Assembly: GCA_010015585.1 (NCBI GenBank)
Contig: ML975153.1
DNA length: 64,000 bases
Origin: Eremomyces bilateralis CBS 781.70
Taxonomy: Eukaryota
Reading direction: 5' to 3' (one strand)
This document shows, in pieces, positions 63,151-64,000 of the stretch; the first letter of the stretch is position 1, and every line of letters begins with the position of its first letter. The translations under genes were made by a program, and so were the position numbers. Below the pieces are notes generated by a model. It was not told the DNA's origin. It saw only the letters and a list, made by a program, of their open reading frames with translations, and did no database searches.

Positions 63151-63599
63151 ATGCGCTTCTTCCCAAGTCTTGCAATAGCTGCCCTTGTCGGCACCTCATT
63201 CGCGGCGACGCCACAATGCCCTGGCGGAACCGGCGGCGGCTATACACTGTACTGCTGCACAGCGACCCTCGACGGTGGTAATGCCATTGTCAAGAAATTG
63301 GCCGCGGCAGTCAACTATCCTCTGAACGAGGACACCGTGAACTGTATCCTGCGTAAGGGGTTTCGACACATCCCTAAGACGAGCACACTGCTGACCGAAT
63401 CATCAGCGAGCCCTGGATTGCTCGACCTCTTCGCACCCACTCCGCCGGAAGAATGTCGCGGTGGACTCCAGTGCTGCAAAGTACCGGTCATAGAACTCGT
63501 AAGTTTTTCGTAGTGACGAGGCTCATGGGTTCCGAATGCTTATACTTATCGTAGCCTACGATCGCTGCTTTGTACTGCCAACCCCCAGTGTGGGTTTAG
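63151..63599 (+). CDS. Hydrophobin (class I-like), 3 exons (introns 63353-63406 and 63499-63554)
   Basis: Signal peptide MRFFPSLAIAALVGTSFA. The spliced product has the 8-Cys pattern C-x11-CC-x28-C-x18-C-x5-CC-x14-C; the eighth Cys comes only from exon 3 (PTIAALYCQPPVWV*). Confidence 0.8.
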
Positions 63600-64000
63600 T
63601 TCGTACTGAAACAGGAATCAGTGCTCCCGTTTCGGAGCCTCGATCTCTTTAGAACCCAAAGGAAATGTGGTGGTGGCAAGGCACGATCCTTGAACTGCGC
63701 GCTTTCCGGGGGATAACGCTAGAGGGAAGCTGTTCTACGACCTCGTTCTACTGTATCGGCGTCATTCGTTTGTTAGATACAGCTGGAGGAAATGGATACG
63801 ACAAGGGATGCGCTGGGCCTTGATCTCTCCCGTTGATATACCGATGTACCCTGGGGTCAAAGATGTCGCCAAGTCAGATCGAGTTTGGTGTGAAGTCTTG
63901 CTGAACGATCCTGCTTTTCATGAACACCATACCATGCATGATGTTGCTAACGAACCGAGTTCCGCATTGGTTTGGAAACGATGTACTCGGTGGAGTGGCC

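Noticed and set aside
1..64000. CRISPR arrays, operons and prokaryotic defence systems
   Set aside because: The sequence is intron-containing fungal DNA and no repeat-spacer array is seen.

Overview
This is eukaryotic DNA from a filamentous ascomycete (Pezizomycotina-like): GC-rich coding regions, short GT-AG introns with CTRAC/CTAAY branch sites, and typical fungal gene families. The ORF track fragments most genes, so I rebuilt them by splicing by hand. Core genes: RPP1 (ribosomal P1), SOG2 (RAM-network LRR protein), GUK1, flbA-type RGS, a mitochondrial carrier, tRNA-Pro(AGG) with an intron, a MAG1-like glycosylase, ECM33, a GT62 (Van1/Anp1/Mnn9) mannosyltransferase and SPF45. Accessory blocks between them: (i) ~15-31 kb, a decayed Zn2Cys6 transcription-factor pseudogene, a frameshifted SDR pseudogene, a PTH11-like membrane protein, an O-methyltransferase and a TRI12-like MFS pump, with no PKS/NRPS backbone in the window; (ii) ~43-54 kb, a bHLH-like factor, an SDR with a PTS2 motif and a bacterial-looking core, a ferric reductase, pogo transposase debris and a 251-bp TA-flanked MITE; (iii) ~56-64 kb, a DUF3431 protein, a P450 and a hydrophobin. 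An intron-split 74-aa Cys-rich gene is absent from the ORF track. I cannot demonstrate a new multi-gene system. The best leads are the PTS2-tagged SDR, the orphaned OMT/MFS/PTH11 cluster remnant, the small Cys-rich gene and the MITE. All family assignments come from motif recognition, not database searches.
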